The translations under genes and the position numbers were made by a program. A DNA stretch of 58,525 nucleotides, counting the filler, from Basidiobolus ranarum (Eukaryota): NCBI GenBank assembly GCA_040143965.1. It is 6 parts of 6 records of this genome, joined end to end, with 100 filler letters (N's around TTAATTAATTAA, not from the genome) between each part and the next. Parts side by side here need not be neighbours in the genome. Positions count along the whole stretch, not along the records: positions 9,808 to 19,495 come from JASJQH010007668.1; positions 19,596 to 29,273 come from JASJQH010007669.1; 4 more parts are not named here. One strand, 5' to 3'. This document shows, one piece after another, positions 13,840 to 26,538 of this stretch; position 1 is the first letter of the stretch; every line of letters starts with the position of its first letter. Under the pieces are notes generated by a model that was not told where the DNA came from, made no database searches, and saw only the letters and a list, made by a program, of their open reading frames with translations.

Positions 13840-15398
13840 ATGAACGCTACTGTATGTTTAAAGGCATTAAATAGGGGGTTATTGACTCGACTAGCTACCA
13901 CTCCCGTTAATCGTGTCTCCGTAAGTTGTCTCAGGTAGAAATGGAGTTTAAATTAGCTTTGAATTAATTAGAGAACTTTCAGGTACAGCAGATGTACGCT
14001 ATGGAACGGTTTTCACCTGCTAGCTCGTTGCTGGTATCATTGTTCTGCCGGTAAACCTATACTTTTCACATCATTTGTTAGACTGCAGAGAATTTACCGT
14101 TTCATCTAGGGATGTTACTGAAGCCTCGGATAGAGCCAAAATATTGGCTCCAATGGAGTTTCTTCATGCTGAACTTCCGGTCCGTCTCTGTCAAAATTTC
14201 AATCTTCTAAACACTCGACTACGATCAGATTGGGCGGATCACCAGGTGAACACCAAAGTTCATCAGTTAACTCTTAACTTATTGGAAGATATCGAGTAAT
14301 TCAACTAATTACTTCATGTTACTCAACTCTCTTACTAAGTATTTCTTGAATAGCGTACTTGCCGGGTTTCCTGTCCCTACCAAACCCCATGATGTTGCTT
14401 CATTTATTTCTGCACTCAAAGTGTTGCAAGTGCGACAAAACCAAAACTACACATCTTTACGTGAATGTCTAAGTCAAGTAACATCCAGGCAGTTACGGAG
14501 TGGTCAACCGCAGCGGCCACTTATACACGAGAATATGAACGATGTTTTGATGGACTACTTTTCCCTAAATTATGGCACCAACTGGCTGATTGGTAAATCG
14601 ATATATTGACATATTCCATAGCATGAACGAAGTAATACTAAATTTCTATTTCTTATAGCTCAATCTATCAACCAATACAATGGATTTCAGTGCGTACTAA
14701 ATGAGGTATCACCTCACAGTGCAGCTGAACAAGCCATACAGACAGCCAGGCAGTGGTGTAGCCAATATTACAGGTGATCTTTCTCTTTCTTTATAGCCTG
14801 GACCGACGATAAGTGTACTAACCGAGATACTTGGATACATCGTAGTTGTGAGCCGCCGGAAGTGAAGCTGATCAGTAAAAAGACTAATATTGAAGTCATA
14901 GCCACGAATCATTCCATTCAAGATAGCTTGTTTCAAGTCTTGAAACACTCCATCGGCTCAGTTATTGAGCATTCTCAAACTCTAAGAACACGTGCAAGTG
15001 ATATGCCACCTTTAGAAGTTCGCATGACTGAAGGTGAAGAGGATATTTGCTTCAGAGTGAGTGATTTAGGTGGTGGAATTCCCATGTCTTCCATGTCAAA
15101 TATATGGGACCAATTAAGTAACTCAACTGAAAAAACAAAAGGATTATCCATGACACGATCAATTTCTCGTTACTTTGGAGGCGATTTGGAGATTGTCTCG
15201 ATGGAGGGAAATGGCACAGAATCGTATTTGTACCTGGATAGGACTGGCACAATTGGTGAGTGTATCCCATCTGTCAGCATCACTGATGAAGAAGTGGATT
15301 CATTGGTAGATACACTATACTACGAAAAATCCAAAGAAGAAGTGGTTCGTGTATATTCAAATGAGACTTGTACGGAGCGGGTAGCTGTCACAGCTTAA
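13840..15398 (+). CDS. Mitochondrial pyruvate dehydrogenase/branched-chain ketoacid dehydrogenase kinase-like protein, multi-exon, catalytic motifs degenerate
   Basis: Arg-rich presequence MNATVCLKALNRGLLTRLATT from ATG 13840, with donor GTAAGT at 13921. FLHAELPVRL matches the PDK N-domain ELPVRL. The HATPase part reads FRVSDLGGGIP...SRYFGGDLEIVSMEGNGTESYLYL. The 5' exon boundaries are not fully resolved. Confidence 0.85.
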
Positions 15399-17307
15399 AG
15401 CTGCGAAGCGCCCTGAAGAGGCTATCTGAAGTACAATAGTAAGTAAAGGAAAAAGCTCCAACCAGAGGTATCTTGTGGCTGCCATGATTGTGCCCGCGTC
15501 TATATCTACGCCATCCTACCATCTCTAACTCTTGGCCACGCTCTTGGTTATGTTTGATTTTCTGGAAAAAATGCTGAACTCTCAGCTTTATATTATAATG
15601 TAATATCCGCACATTAGCCATAATTTTAGGCACCTATCTCCGTCTCCATATCACCAAGTCGCCTTACTGAAATCCCTTAGAAACATGAGAGTTTTGAGAT
15701 CACAAAACTGCAGGCTGATTATTCACTGCACTTACTAAATTCGGGGCTTGATGTCTAATGAATGCATGCACCTTTCTATCTGATACGTTTAGAATAAATT
15801 GGCTATCTAACTTTGCTTGTGAATAAATGAAGTATCACAAAGGCTTTCGATTGTCCCATCTGTTTCAAAACTTCCGTAAATGGGAGGATTTGACAAGGCA
15901 ACTCAAATTAATAAGCAAGATATCTGACAGTTAGTGAAACCTTTTTCCACATGTAAGATGAGCCACTTTCAACGGCCTCTCATGGTTACACCAAAGAATG
16001 AATCCTATTCTGGTTCTAAGATTGTGGAATATTTGAAAAGCCGCAACCGTGAGAAACTTCTCATCATATACCATTCTTCCAACCGAATTCTTTTACAAAG
16101 TTAACAAAGGTTGTACTAATTTCAACCATACAGTAATCCTCCAAATTGAATCATCATCAACTCGGATTTTGTAGAGTAGGATTTGGTGGTTAAGAAGGAT
16201 CCCAAGCTTTTTAGGCCAAAAGTTTCTGATAATTTATGGTTGAGTTACATTTCAAACTATCAAGTATATAGCCAATGAATTCTGTAGTAGCGATGAGGAA
16301 TTTCATGGAGGTCTCTGAGAGGTTGATTCATCCACATCGGCAGGGTAGTGCCATAGTCGTAATCGGCCATTCCGTTTGTTGCATATCTTTGAATTGGGCA
16401 GTCAAGCAACGCTTGGTAAATAAATCGATGAAGAATTTCCAGAAATCGTTGCTGATGAGTCTGCATATCATGCCTACTCCAGCTAGAGTGACGTGCAGAT
16501 GGATTCTATTAGCCCTGCCTGCTTTCTGGGTACCAATCCATCAGTTGTTGATTGGCATTTGTTTCGTTCCCCTACACTGGTCTTGTGGAAATGGACTGCG
16601 CAACGTGAAGGATTCGGACATAGCATACAATCAATAACTGCGAGGTTTGTGGGCCAAACTCAAAAGCTCAGAATTTGGCAGTCGGCTGGGTGGTATGAAT
16701 TGGTTATGTTGATACAAATGAATGATATACGTCAGACTTTATTGTCGCAGTATGTCCAATCCGGTACGCATGGATAACAATCACGATGCGTACGTGTCCT
16801 CATCCATCCACTTCATTCATTACCCTCTGCCACTCTCTGCCGCCGGATCTTCTTACTGGCTTGTTGAAATATTAATTTTGGTATCAACTACACATCTATC
16901 CCTCTCTCCCTCGACATCTTTATTCTCAGGAACAGATCTGCCTAGGACTCTGAACCAATGGCAGGCGATCATGCTACATTTCTGTCACTGCTTGGAGGAT
17001 CATTAGATTACGGTGTTTAAAGACTATCACATCCTGATTCAGAAGTTCACAGTCGTGGCATAGGTGCGAGATCTCATTCGATTGGTGAGTATATACATGA
17101 AATTCGAGCAAACGTGACTGTGCTGCGGCAAAGAAATCGGATTTCCTTTATAATCCAAATGCCTCTTCCATCTTTTTCAAACTTGGACAGAACCCCTTTG
17201 ACACACCGTCTCATTATCCAAAATACTTCTCTGCGAGTTTCGCGTATTACTATCAGATTTTGTTTGAATATTTGTCATTAATTCTGCCTTTGTTGTCTTC
17301 TCTTAAT

Positions 17308-18567
17308 ATGGCTGTTGATACTATCGAACTTCCTGCCGTCAGACCCGTTCTACTTGCTCAGGAAAACACTCAAACTTCAGTAGCACCCCCACTCAGAGTA
17401 CCCAGAGTCGGTAAAAAGATATACTTTCAACGTGATTCTTTGAAAAGTAGAGAATCACAAGGTAAAGAAGGCAGTCGCCGCCGTAAGCGCTATGACAACG
17501 GTATGTAAGCGAGTCCCTTTAGACAACTGCCTTTCACCTTTCCCCGCTTACTTTTCAAGTCTAGTAAAATTACTGGACTAGATGGCATGGTGGAGAAAAA
17601 GCAATAAGTACGCATTAGCGAGAAATTTCGCGAAGCGGAAGCTTTTACCTCCTCAATGAAAAAGCGAAGTTTCTATCCAAACTTTGTATTTTTCTAAATA
17701 GGCTCAGTTCTTCGATTTTGTCCTCATTTTTTCTTCGGACAAAACTTGAACTGGCTAATGATATTACATTTTATATTGAGTCATGCATCTCATCATTTCC
17801 TCTTCTGTACCTATTATGTATCGAATTGTGTCTCTTCCGTGACTGTCAAATCGCCTTGGAGTAGATCATTTCACACATCTACCACATGCTGTGTTGAATC
17901 CCAAGGACTTGGCTCCTCCTGGATACCCGATGGAAGCTCCCCGCTTCCACTTTAAGTATGATCGGGCTATGCAGCAAGTTCTTCAGCACAATTTTATTCA
18001 TGATATCGACTTACAATCGATGGAAAGAGGCCCTTCTCAACATCCAGAGTCACAAAGCTATATTCATCGCTCAATCCGTCGAGAACTTAAGAAAGCTCAT
18101 GTCTCTGAAGGAGTTGTAGAAAGGCATGAAATCGAATTAATTGAATTTATCAAACAGGTTCTATCGAAGGAAAACAGCCAACTACACAATATGGAAGATG
18201 TCCCGGAAGGAGTCAGTTTCCATGGCAGCATTGATTCGGAGAACGACTCAGATAATGATCCCTTATTGCCTGAATCCTTCGCAAGTCAGCATCATTTTTT
18301 GGTGATGAATATTCAAGACAGACAGATCCGATTTGTTGTCCATGCGATGTGTCAATACTATCATTTGATGTCCTTTAGTAAGTCCAACACCCTTTAGATA
18401 TGATGTATACCCAAGGTCTCATTATTCTATTACATTCATTTACAGGCAAGGATACCAGATGCGGCCGACGCTTAACATATATATGCCATCCACGACTGAT
18501 CTTCCCCAATTCTCACAAATCGCCGGCGCTACGGGAGAAGACATTTTACGAATTTGTATTCCTTTAA
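17308..18567 (+). CDS. R3H-associated N-terminal domain + R3H domain protein (R3HDM4-like); exons 17308-17500, 17865-18377, 18446-18567
   Basis: GKEGSRRRKRYDN|DHF (R3H-assoc motif) and RFVVHAMCQYYHLMSFS|KD (RxxxH). The GT-AG introns keep the frame. Confidence 0.85.
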
Positions 18568-19495
18568 GAATGTAGATCTAATAGTGGCCTTCGTATAGCT
18601 CTCAAATTACAATGTATAGCAAAGCATCTGTGGTTTCTAAGCTCTGGTATGATAATTTATTGCTTACAGATATTATTACCCATGTATATTTATTGGGCTT
18701 AAAGGGGCTAAAGCCGCTTTAGAATAAACATTCAAATACCCATTATTGTATTTTCATAATAATTTCAAGAATCAGTGGAGTGGGCCAGTGCTTTGGCTTG
18801 GAGAGGCCTTCATTGTTGCATATACAAATTGAATGAGTCAAATCTGCCATTAGTTTGTATCTTGGCCTATACTAGACCTTTACCATTTGCAATCACTGCA
18901 CTCCAATGAATTATCACGATTTCACCTTGATCCACTGACGTTTGCTGTACCTTTATATAACGAAACAATATTGATATCTATCTTGTGGAATCTCCCCTCA
19001 GAACATCAACCTTCTAAGAGGACCAATATATATATAATGATTTCTTATCATGATTGCTGTACTCTGTAACCATTTCAAAGGTAACTTTTTTATAGACAAC
19101 TCTATGAAAATTCAATAAATCCTATCTTGGGAACAATTTACGAGTGTTATATTGAATAGTATTCACTACTAAAGACTCTGTTTTTATATGAGGACCACAG
19201 TCGAGTGCAGGTGTACGCGTAAGTTATTTGCTAGGTTGAAATTATTGTCTGTGTTATCTATTGGCTTTACTACTATAGCATTCTAGCATGTGAACTGGGG
19301 ACAACTGTATTACCTAACCAGAATTTAATTTCTACCAATTCACCCAATATTTATGGAGGAGCAAGATATATAATGGAGCGAGTCTAGAACCTAACGCGAA
19401 TCCATGCTAAAGTAATCGGGATTTTATCCCCGAAAAGCCCTGAATGGTAGGAAGAGCACGACATTATATCCGTTAAGGCTATAGTTGGGGATGTT

Positions 19496-19595
19496 NNNNN
19501 NNNNNNNNNNNNNNNNNNNNNNNNNNNNNNNNNNNNNNNTTAATTAATTAANNNNNNNNNNNNNNNNNNNNNNNNNNNNNNNNNNNNNNNNNNNN
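19496..19595. other. Artificial contig linker
   Basis: N44-TTAATTAATTAA-N44. Confidence 0.98.
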
Positions 19596-19624
19596 ACGGC
19601 TAATAACATAAATAATATCCACAG

Positions 19625-19720
19625 GATCAATTCTACACATTTAGTCATACCAAGGCTGAGTACGAGGAATATGGCCCCTCCATTTGTAGACACAATCGTG
19701 TTTTCAACTCAATCTCTTAG
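19625..19720 (+). CDS. ARP3: Actin-related protein 3, last exon only (rest is outside the contig)
   Basis: After a CTAAT branch site and CAG acceptor the frame reads [31 protein letters not shown], the Arp3 C-terminus ([17 protein letters not shown]). Confidence 0.88.
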   Translation, partial: DQFYTFSHTKAEYEEYGPSICRHNRVFNSIS

Positions 19721-22272
19721 ATGATTGCACCTACACAATATTACTAAAAATAAAACATCCTTCAGCTCAACCGAAATATTTACGGTAAGATACAAGTCAA
19801 CCTCTTGAAGTGTTATTCAAGGACAAACTGTTGTTGCTTATTCTTGACACTAGTACTAGTTTGAGTATTTTTAGCTCAATCTTGCATATTCCCGACTCAT
19901 TAGTATCAAGTATTTCGAACTTCTAGTGCTTTCATATTTTCAACAAGTTGAGTCTAGCGATTAATTCGTAGGAGCATCAACTTTTCGCATTTATTTGCTT
20001 TATTCTTTCAAGCATCGAACATTTCGGAAAATGCTGCACTGGCCACCTCTCGAGTTGAGTGACGCAATGCGCAGTATCCATATATTCAATGAGGCTGCAC
20101 ACTAACTGACTAGTTGACGGATGTAATAGGCGAGATTGTGGATCATATCTGAAAGGCTGAACTAGCCCAACATTTAATCCTGTTATCGCGAATATGACTA
20201 TGTAGTACGTGACACGTTCAAATATACAAGTGGTAGCTTAGAATTAAATGGACTTTCGCATATAACATTGAAACATTGCAGTAATGGCAAAACTGAGATG
20301 AAGGGGGTGGGAGCATGTAATTCGTCAAGAAATAAAGATCAAATACCAAGAACGAAGGGTATCTAAAATCCTTTAGGGGGATGTGAATCATGTACCTTGA
20401 TACGGAGTTTAGAGGTGGGCATAGTGCGCACAAAAATCTGGCTGTGCTTAATAGAGGGTTGTTTAGATCTACAATCCTCATTTATATTGTGTATAAGTCT
20501 GTGAACTTCAAGAATTTCTACTTCCAAAAACCATATACCGTTGGTATTATCCTTAGCAAGTCACATTTCAATCTTAATGTTGACTGAAAATTGATTTGAA
20601 TTTGGTCCGTTTTCACCATGCATTAGCAAGTATCACTTGCAATCACGTTCAAGTGAACCAGAACCATTAGTGGCCTCGAATCATGGAGAATCTCTTGATT
20701 ATATCTGACTCCGATTAGCATTTTACGCTAAATCATCAAGGGATATATCAGGTGTTTGTACATTGCGTGTGCTAGCTCTTGAAATAGGTTAACTAGTTGG
20801 GGATCTTGATCTGGTTTCAAACATATTATCAGGCTGCAACACTAATGAATTGCCAGTTATGCATTATGTTTGAGGTATTGGAGGTGAATGCAATATGCTA
20901 CTTTACTTCGAGGCTCAACCTCGGGTTTTCAATGATCTTTTCTCATGCATATGCTCTTTGAGGCATCTGGCTAATTCTTGGCCCAAACCTTTATATGAAA
21001 CTTGTATCTACATTTGAATGCTACCATCTTTAGTTATCTCCTTTTCTGAGGATATTCCAGAGGTGAACAGTTGCAATTATACCAATTGGTGAAGGTATAA
21101 TCACCAGTTATTCAAACATCTTTTTACGAAGGGTTAGAGATTAAACTGCTGGAGAATTACCATTTCAGCCTTGAAGTTCTTGCTTAATGACTTCGAATTT
21201 AGCGTGACTAATCCGAAGTTACGTCGTTTTTATTCAAATTCTTTTGCAATACTGCTCACCATGCCACTGGCTACAATGAGGAGTTCGAACTTTTGAAGTG
21301 GATCGATGCTTTTATCCTGGCTCACGATGATTTCTAAAACCTACCGAAGGCTTGTTGAGATGAGGATTCATTATGGGAAGTAGCCATTACGGCTTATAAA
21401 TAACATAAATGGTTTATTTCTACACTCTACATTAATTCTAACGCCTCCGTGCAAGTCAAAACTTCAAATACCCCAGCAATATCAAGGTTTTACCATTCTG
21501 TTGAATTAAACCAAATCATCGTGGTCACCACAAACTTTCGAGACCAATTCAGTGCTAAAGCGCTTCAATAATCCTAATTTTATACAGTGAGCTGTTCGGT
21601 TTGAGAGTCTACTTCACTTCATAAAATTTAGATGTATTTGTTTACAAATTGATTTCATGGCTGGAAGCAACGTCAATGTATATCAGCCTAGCTATTCTTA
21701 AAGATATTATCCTCCCAAGAAGCATTGCTGGGTTGGAAGAAATGCATCAAGAAACCTACTGAGGGCAGATAGAGGCGTTTATCCTACAAAGTAAAATATA
21801 CTAACATGTTTATGCCGCCTGATTTCTAAGCTACATACAAGCCACAATTATAGATGGTATGCAACCATGTTTCATGTTGTAGATTCACGTAAAACTGAAT
21901 AGTCAAGACTAGGGGTTCGAGTATCTGCTTCCATAATTAAATCCCTCAAATGTTCGAGCACAATTAAGAATAAATGTAATAAGCGTCTGTGAGGGTCCAA
22001 GGAGTAGAACTTGGACTCTATGTTCGACATTATCAAAAGGTTTCAAGTGAATATCTGTTTAACATATATATTTAAACTAGTGCTCATGCAAGCGACTCAT
22101 AACCCAACATGGAACAATTTAGCTAGAAAATGGATTAATTTGGTATGTAAGCCTCACCCCAGGGTGCCTATTGGCAAACTTGAACAAGCCGAAGCACCCT
22201 TGATGTCTACTCTGTGCCGGACTTATAAGCTCTGGTTGGAATGTTCCCAATACTCATATCTGTACATTGACA

Positions 22273-22605
22273 ATGCTTTCTGACAGTTTACTACGTATTG
22301 CTAAATCTTTCAAAATTACCGGACGTACAAAATCATTTCTGAGCAGAACAAAGTCTTCCAGCTCACAAGTTTCCCACGATGATGTATCGTTCGTGGATTC
22401 TTTACTTTCTGATGGTCAGGATCTGAGTAAGTTGGAAGAGCTGCAAATGCTCTTAAACCCACCAAATCTCCAGCGATTCATTGACCAGGATATTGAACTC
22501 ACACCAGAGCTTGAGTTTGAGCTTGATTTAGCCAGGCTCACTGGGCTCATTGAAAAAGGCGCGTTGCACAGACTTGGAGACCAAGAGTATCCTTTGTTTG
22601 CGTGA
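22273..22605 (+). CDS. Small uncharacterised protein, paralog 1 of 4 (two GoLoco-like R-phi-x-x-Q-[DE] repeats)
   Basis: ATG 22273. Shares the block RFIDQDIELTPELEFELDLARLTGLIEKGALHRLGDQE with three other ORFs on this contig. Confidence 0.8.
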   Translation: MLSDSLLRIAKSFKITGRTKSFLSRTKSSSSQVSHDDVSFVDSLLSDGQDLSKLEELQMLLNPPNLQRFIDQDIELTPELEFELDLARLTGLIEKGALHRLGDQEYPLFA

Positions 22606-22957
22606 GATTTATTCTCGACTTGTCATTTGATCTTGTTAGTTCTGTAAATATGCATTTGCTATTGCCATGGTTGTATTTTAACTTAATCATATCCACCTCT
22701 AATATTATATTGTAACTTTGTGGTCCCATGTATATCTTCTGCTTTGACTTTAACACGCATAATCTAACTCGCCAATATCTAACATCTTAATAATTCCCGG
22801 CCTGCGACAAAGAAATCTTATTGAAAGAATTGGTATCTCTAATTTGGCAAGTAGGCCCAATAAAGCCGAATCTTCACAAACTCCCCCCAAGACATATGTA
22901 TAGTAATTAACAGCTCGCAGGTGGAGAATTTTCCGTGAGAATAACATAGTGATAGTT

Positions 22958-23030
22958 AAAATGAGAACAGAAACCGAAGTTCGGCTGATTTACTCGAGAA
23001 TTTTCACGACATAGTTCATATTATTTTTTT
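22958..23030 (-). ncRNA. Putative Fanzor omegaRNA scaffold (element right end)
   Basis: Directly 3' of the Fanzor stop. Hairpin UCGUGAA-AA-UUCUCGA (22994-23009) and hairpin AGCCG-AACUU-CGGUU (22972-22986) are enclosed by GAAC (23014-23017) / GUUC (22965-22968). The position matches that established for Fanzor omegaRNAs. Confidence 0.55.
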
Positions 23031-24051
23031 AGATGCTTTTAAATTTTGCTTTGTATCGTGACGCCGTATTAGCGAGAAAGATTTGGTTGAATAACAGATT
23101 GGCTACACCCGACAAACCGATTACCAGCGCCAGCGCCAGTGCCGACAAAGTGTCTCTTGGTACAATCGCTTCTTTCTTTGTTACCAGAACACAATTTGGA
23201 TTTCTACATAGAAACGATTCTTTTTGACAGATCATTTTTCCATTTCGTGATCTTACAACCACTGGGTGATTCAGTTTGGAAAAGCAATAATACAAGCTTG
23301 TGAAGCCATGTATACTTGATGCATCCTTGCAATCTTTTCCGATTCAATGAGATAGCTATCGTAGCCAAATACATGGAACGAGTGGGAAACAGCTTTTGAG
23401 GGAACTTGTATATAGTTGCCTGATAGTCAGAAGTTGTATTCATAGAGTCTTGAATTTTCTGAATGATTGTGCTCCTCAAACCTTGATTCCTCCACGAACT
23501 GATTCCACATGACACCATTTCTCTTAGGTGCATTCTTATCCAAGTAGTCACTCAGAAAAGAACGTGTGCAATCAGAAACTTTTGCTACAATAACTATAAA
23601 GACCTCTTGGGAGTGTGTGGTCTTTTGAGTGACTTTTGCTTTAAGTCATTCAGTTTTTTTTCCTAAATTGCTCTTGTTGTCACTTGCTACATTAATCTTT
23701 GATGACATACATAACCGCATAGTTTGCTTGAAGTTAGCTAATAATTTTTCCTCTAAAACAGCTGCAGTACGAGAGCATGTTTTGATGGTGGTGATAGAGT
23801 GAGACCATTCGTCAACAATATCTTTCTCGCGAGATCTATTTCCTTTCGATTTTAAGACAAGTATCATAGTGGTTCTGGCAACATCAAACCTACTTTTTTG
23901 TAGTATTTTTTCTTTTACTCATTAATCGTATAAAAATAGAAGCTATATGTACGAAAAAAGAAAAAGTAAAATGAACTAAAAAAGACAACTTTATATAAAC
24001 GTACTTCGAAATGAAACTCAATTTAGGGGCTATTTCATTGTGGCGACAGTA
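22958..24051 (-). mobile_element. Decayed, internally deleted Fanzor (eukaryotic TnpB-like) element with a Tc1/mariner-type left end
   Basis: The minus strand reads KY/MASQAC-[frameshift]-YCFSKLNHPVVVRSRNGKMICQKESFLCRNPNCVLVTKKEAIVPRDTLSALA..IGLSG. This fits RuvC-II region + CxxC...Cx4C zinc finger + RuvC-III 'RD..SA' of fungal Fanzor1. The left end begins TA-CTGTCGCCACAATGAAATAGCCC (24051-24027), followed by a broken ORF starting MSKRKNTTKK at 23922. Confidence 0.75.
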
Positions 24052-25410
24052 TATCAACTTTGAATGTCAGCTTGAAATAGATTCTCATACATACCGCACA
24101 AATATTCATTATTTTACGAGATCAATGTAATTAAAGTTAGACATATTACGCCGATAGGACCAATCAATCCAATAAAAGTTAAACAAGAACGAACGTAACA
24201 TTAAGACATTATACATCTTGAGTAACAGCGTGAAACCCCTGAAAGAACAAACTTTTTTATTTACTCAAGGAATCGGAGATTAAATCAGCAATAGGCCGGA
24301 TTATTGTATAATAATTAAGAAATCAAGAGCTACCAACCGAAGTAAAACCAAGAGCCATCCTGTCCTCTCCAAAGCTATAAACATCATGCAAACAGGTTGC
24401 CAGATAAAGTAGATATATATTCAGTGAGCACATTCTTGGCGGGTGATTTGTTCCCTAGCCGAATTCTAGTTGAAACATACACTCAGCCTCTGCCTTTATC
24501 CATCCGACTATCTGCTGATTTCGTTATGGAATTGCATTAGCTCCATACATTTCAGAGCATACTCTCTTAATTGGAGTTTCATGGAGATATCAATGTCGCC
24601 TGTATTCATTGATTAAGCAACCCTCCCCTTAAATTGGAGTTCATTCTATCAAAGGAAAGTTACACAGTTGTACATGCCGCTTAGTTGGCCTTGAGCTATG
24701 AGATAACTGTCTTGCATAGGTACACTGTGAAAGCAAACCCAGGCAAATTCGTAAATGGCGTCATAGTATCAATAAGCCACTCCTAGAAACATTCCAGGCA
24801 CGATGCTATGGCACTTAAGCAGCAACATGATATTGAAAGTATTTTACGGGATGAGTTTAATGAATGTTTTCGAAAGATTCATTCGAATATGAAACTAACG
24901 CACAGCATTAATTCGATATTCGTGAGATGAGCTTCATTGACTTCCTGACGGATATTACATTCAGTGCAACAATCCCGAAACCAATTTAATAATACCAAAT
25001 GATTGGCCTGCCTCATCTCTTATATGCCTCTATTTCCGTCAATGAATATAGAACAGCTATACAATCCCTGGATATATAAGTAAACCAATAACATTGGATA
25101 TTTACTTGAAACATCAAATTTACACAGACTCTGGAGGAAACAAACAATGCGCAAGCCCTGGAGTACAGACTCTGAAGCTATGTGTACACGGCAAACGTAC
25201 TGAATACTCATTAAGCCAGTACATCATTAATGCTATTGATCAATCTCTGCTATATTTAGAGAATTCTGAGTTTTCCTCATCCAATAGCTGCACTGTGGAT
25301 ATCAAACTCCTGAAGTAGTTACACCGAAGAGGTTATAAAGTATCAGACACCTCTCTGGTTGAAGTCAAAAAGCAAAGTCTACTGTTAAAGCCGTACTTTT
25401 CTGAATAGTC

Positions 25411-25791
25411 ATGAGAATACCTAAAACCAGCATGCCTTCATTCAACTTTCTCTTCAACTTAAAATCACGCAAGGACTTCAGACAACAGAAATCCGATTCC
25501 AGAGATTCTTCTGATTATGCCCCCATCCCAACCTTGGACACCAACAGCTTGAACACTGATTCGACTTTATCCTTCGATTGTGAAGCTGCTGCTGATGATG
25601 AGATGCTCGATGAGATGGAATTATTCTTAGAGCGTACAATCAGAACCCGATATACCGAACAAGATGTTCATCTGAGCCATGTTCAAGAATTCGACCTTGA
25701 GTTGGCCAAACTCACCGGACTTCTGGAAAGAGGTGAGAAGTACCGCCTAGAGGCTCAGGATTGCAACTCAACTGTTTTAAGTAAGATCTAA
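25411..25791 (+). CDS. Small uncharacterised protein, paralog 2 of 4 (likely start ATG 25432)
   Basis: TATAAA at 25334. Core MELFLERTIRTRYTEQDVHLSHVQEFDLELAKLTGLLERGEKYRLEAQD. Close tandem duplicate of 26539-26904. Confidence 0.85.
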   Translation: MRIPKTSMPSFNFLFNLKSRKDFRQQKSDSRDSSDYAPIPTLDTNSLNTDSTLSFDCEAAADDEMLDEMELFLERTIRTRYTEQDVHLSHVQEFDLELAKLTGLLERGEKYRLEAQDCNSTVLSKI

Positions 25792-26538
25792 AAAACTCTA
25801 GCCCATATGAACATATGTAACCAACATACCTAATTAGCCAATGCTTGCATCTCAATTATATTTTTTAACAAATGTACATACGCCCTACGAGCCAACTTGT
25901 TACAAATTATACATATTTAATGAAAGCTATTTACCATTATACCCTACTTAGCTTGTAGTGAACAATTTTGAGAATAAACTCGATTCAGACTAAATAAAGA
26001 AATTAATAATTTTGCTTAAGCCTTCTCTTCCACAACACACAGAAAATACTTCTGTGTAAGTCCAATCGAGGCTCTCGACCAATCACAATTAGTGAGCAAA
26101 CTTGTTCAATGTTCAAGATATGCAGATCTTTCGATGATAACTCGATTAAAATATGTCAGAAGTTACTCAGGGTCTAAGAAGTTTCATGAAGCCTAGAGTA
26201 TTGCTGCTTGTTACCTATTGATGATTGGTTAACCTTTGACAACATAGCCGGTATCCAGTTCTGCATTGATACGTTTCACAGTGAATATCCACATAATAGA
26301 ACTACTCTGTGAAACTGTGAATGACTGATAATGGTCAACTCCATACACCATTTCACCAAGGTACTGGTGTAACAATATATGTGCTATAGTCTCATAAGCC
26401 TCTTTTTATTTCCCAAACTCGGTAACTTGTAACAGGCAAAGCGCAATGGTGTAACAGAAACTTGGATGGTTGGAGCATACTTAAGCAGCTTATAGGCACG
26501 CAACTTTACTCATTCAAACCACACTCGATTCCTTTGCA

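Noticed and set aside
21200-21340. Possible GRF zinc-finger remnant (TNPKLRRFY...LLKWID)
   Set aside because: Split across frames and missing Cys ligands; too weak to call.
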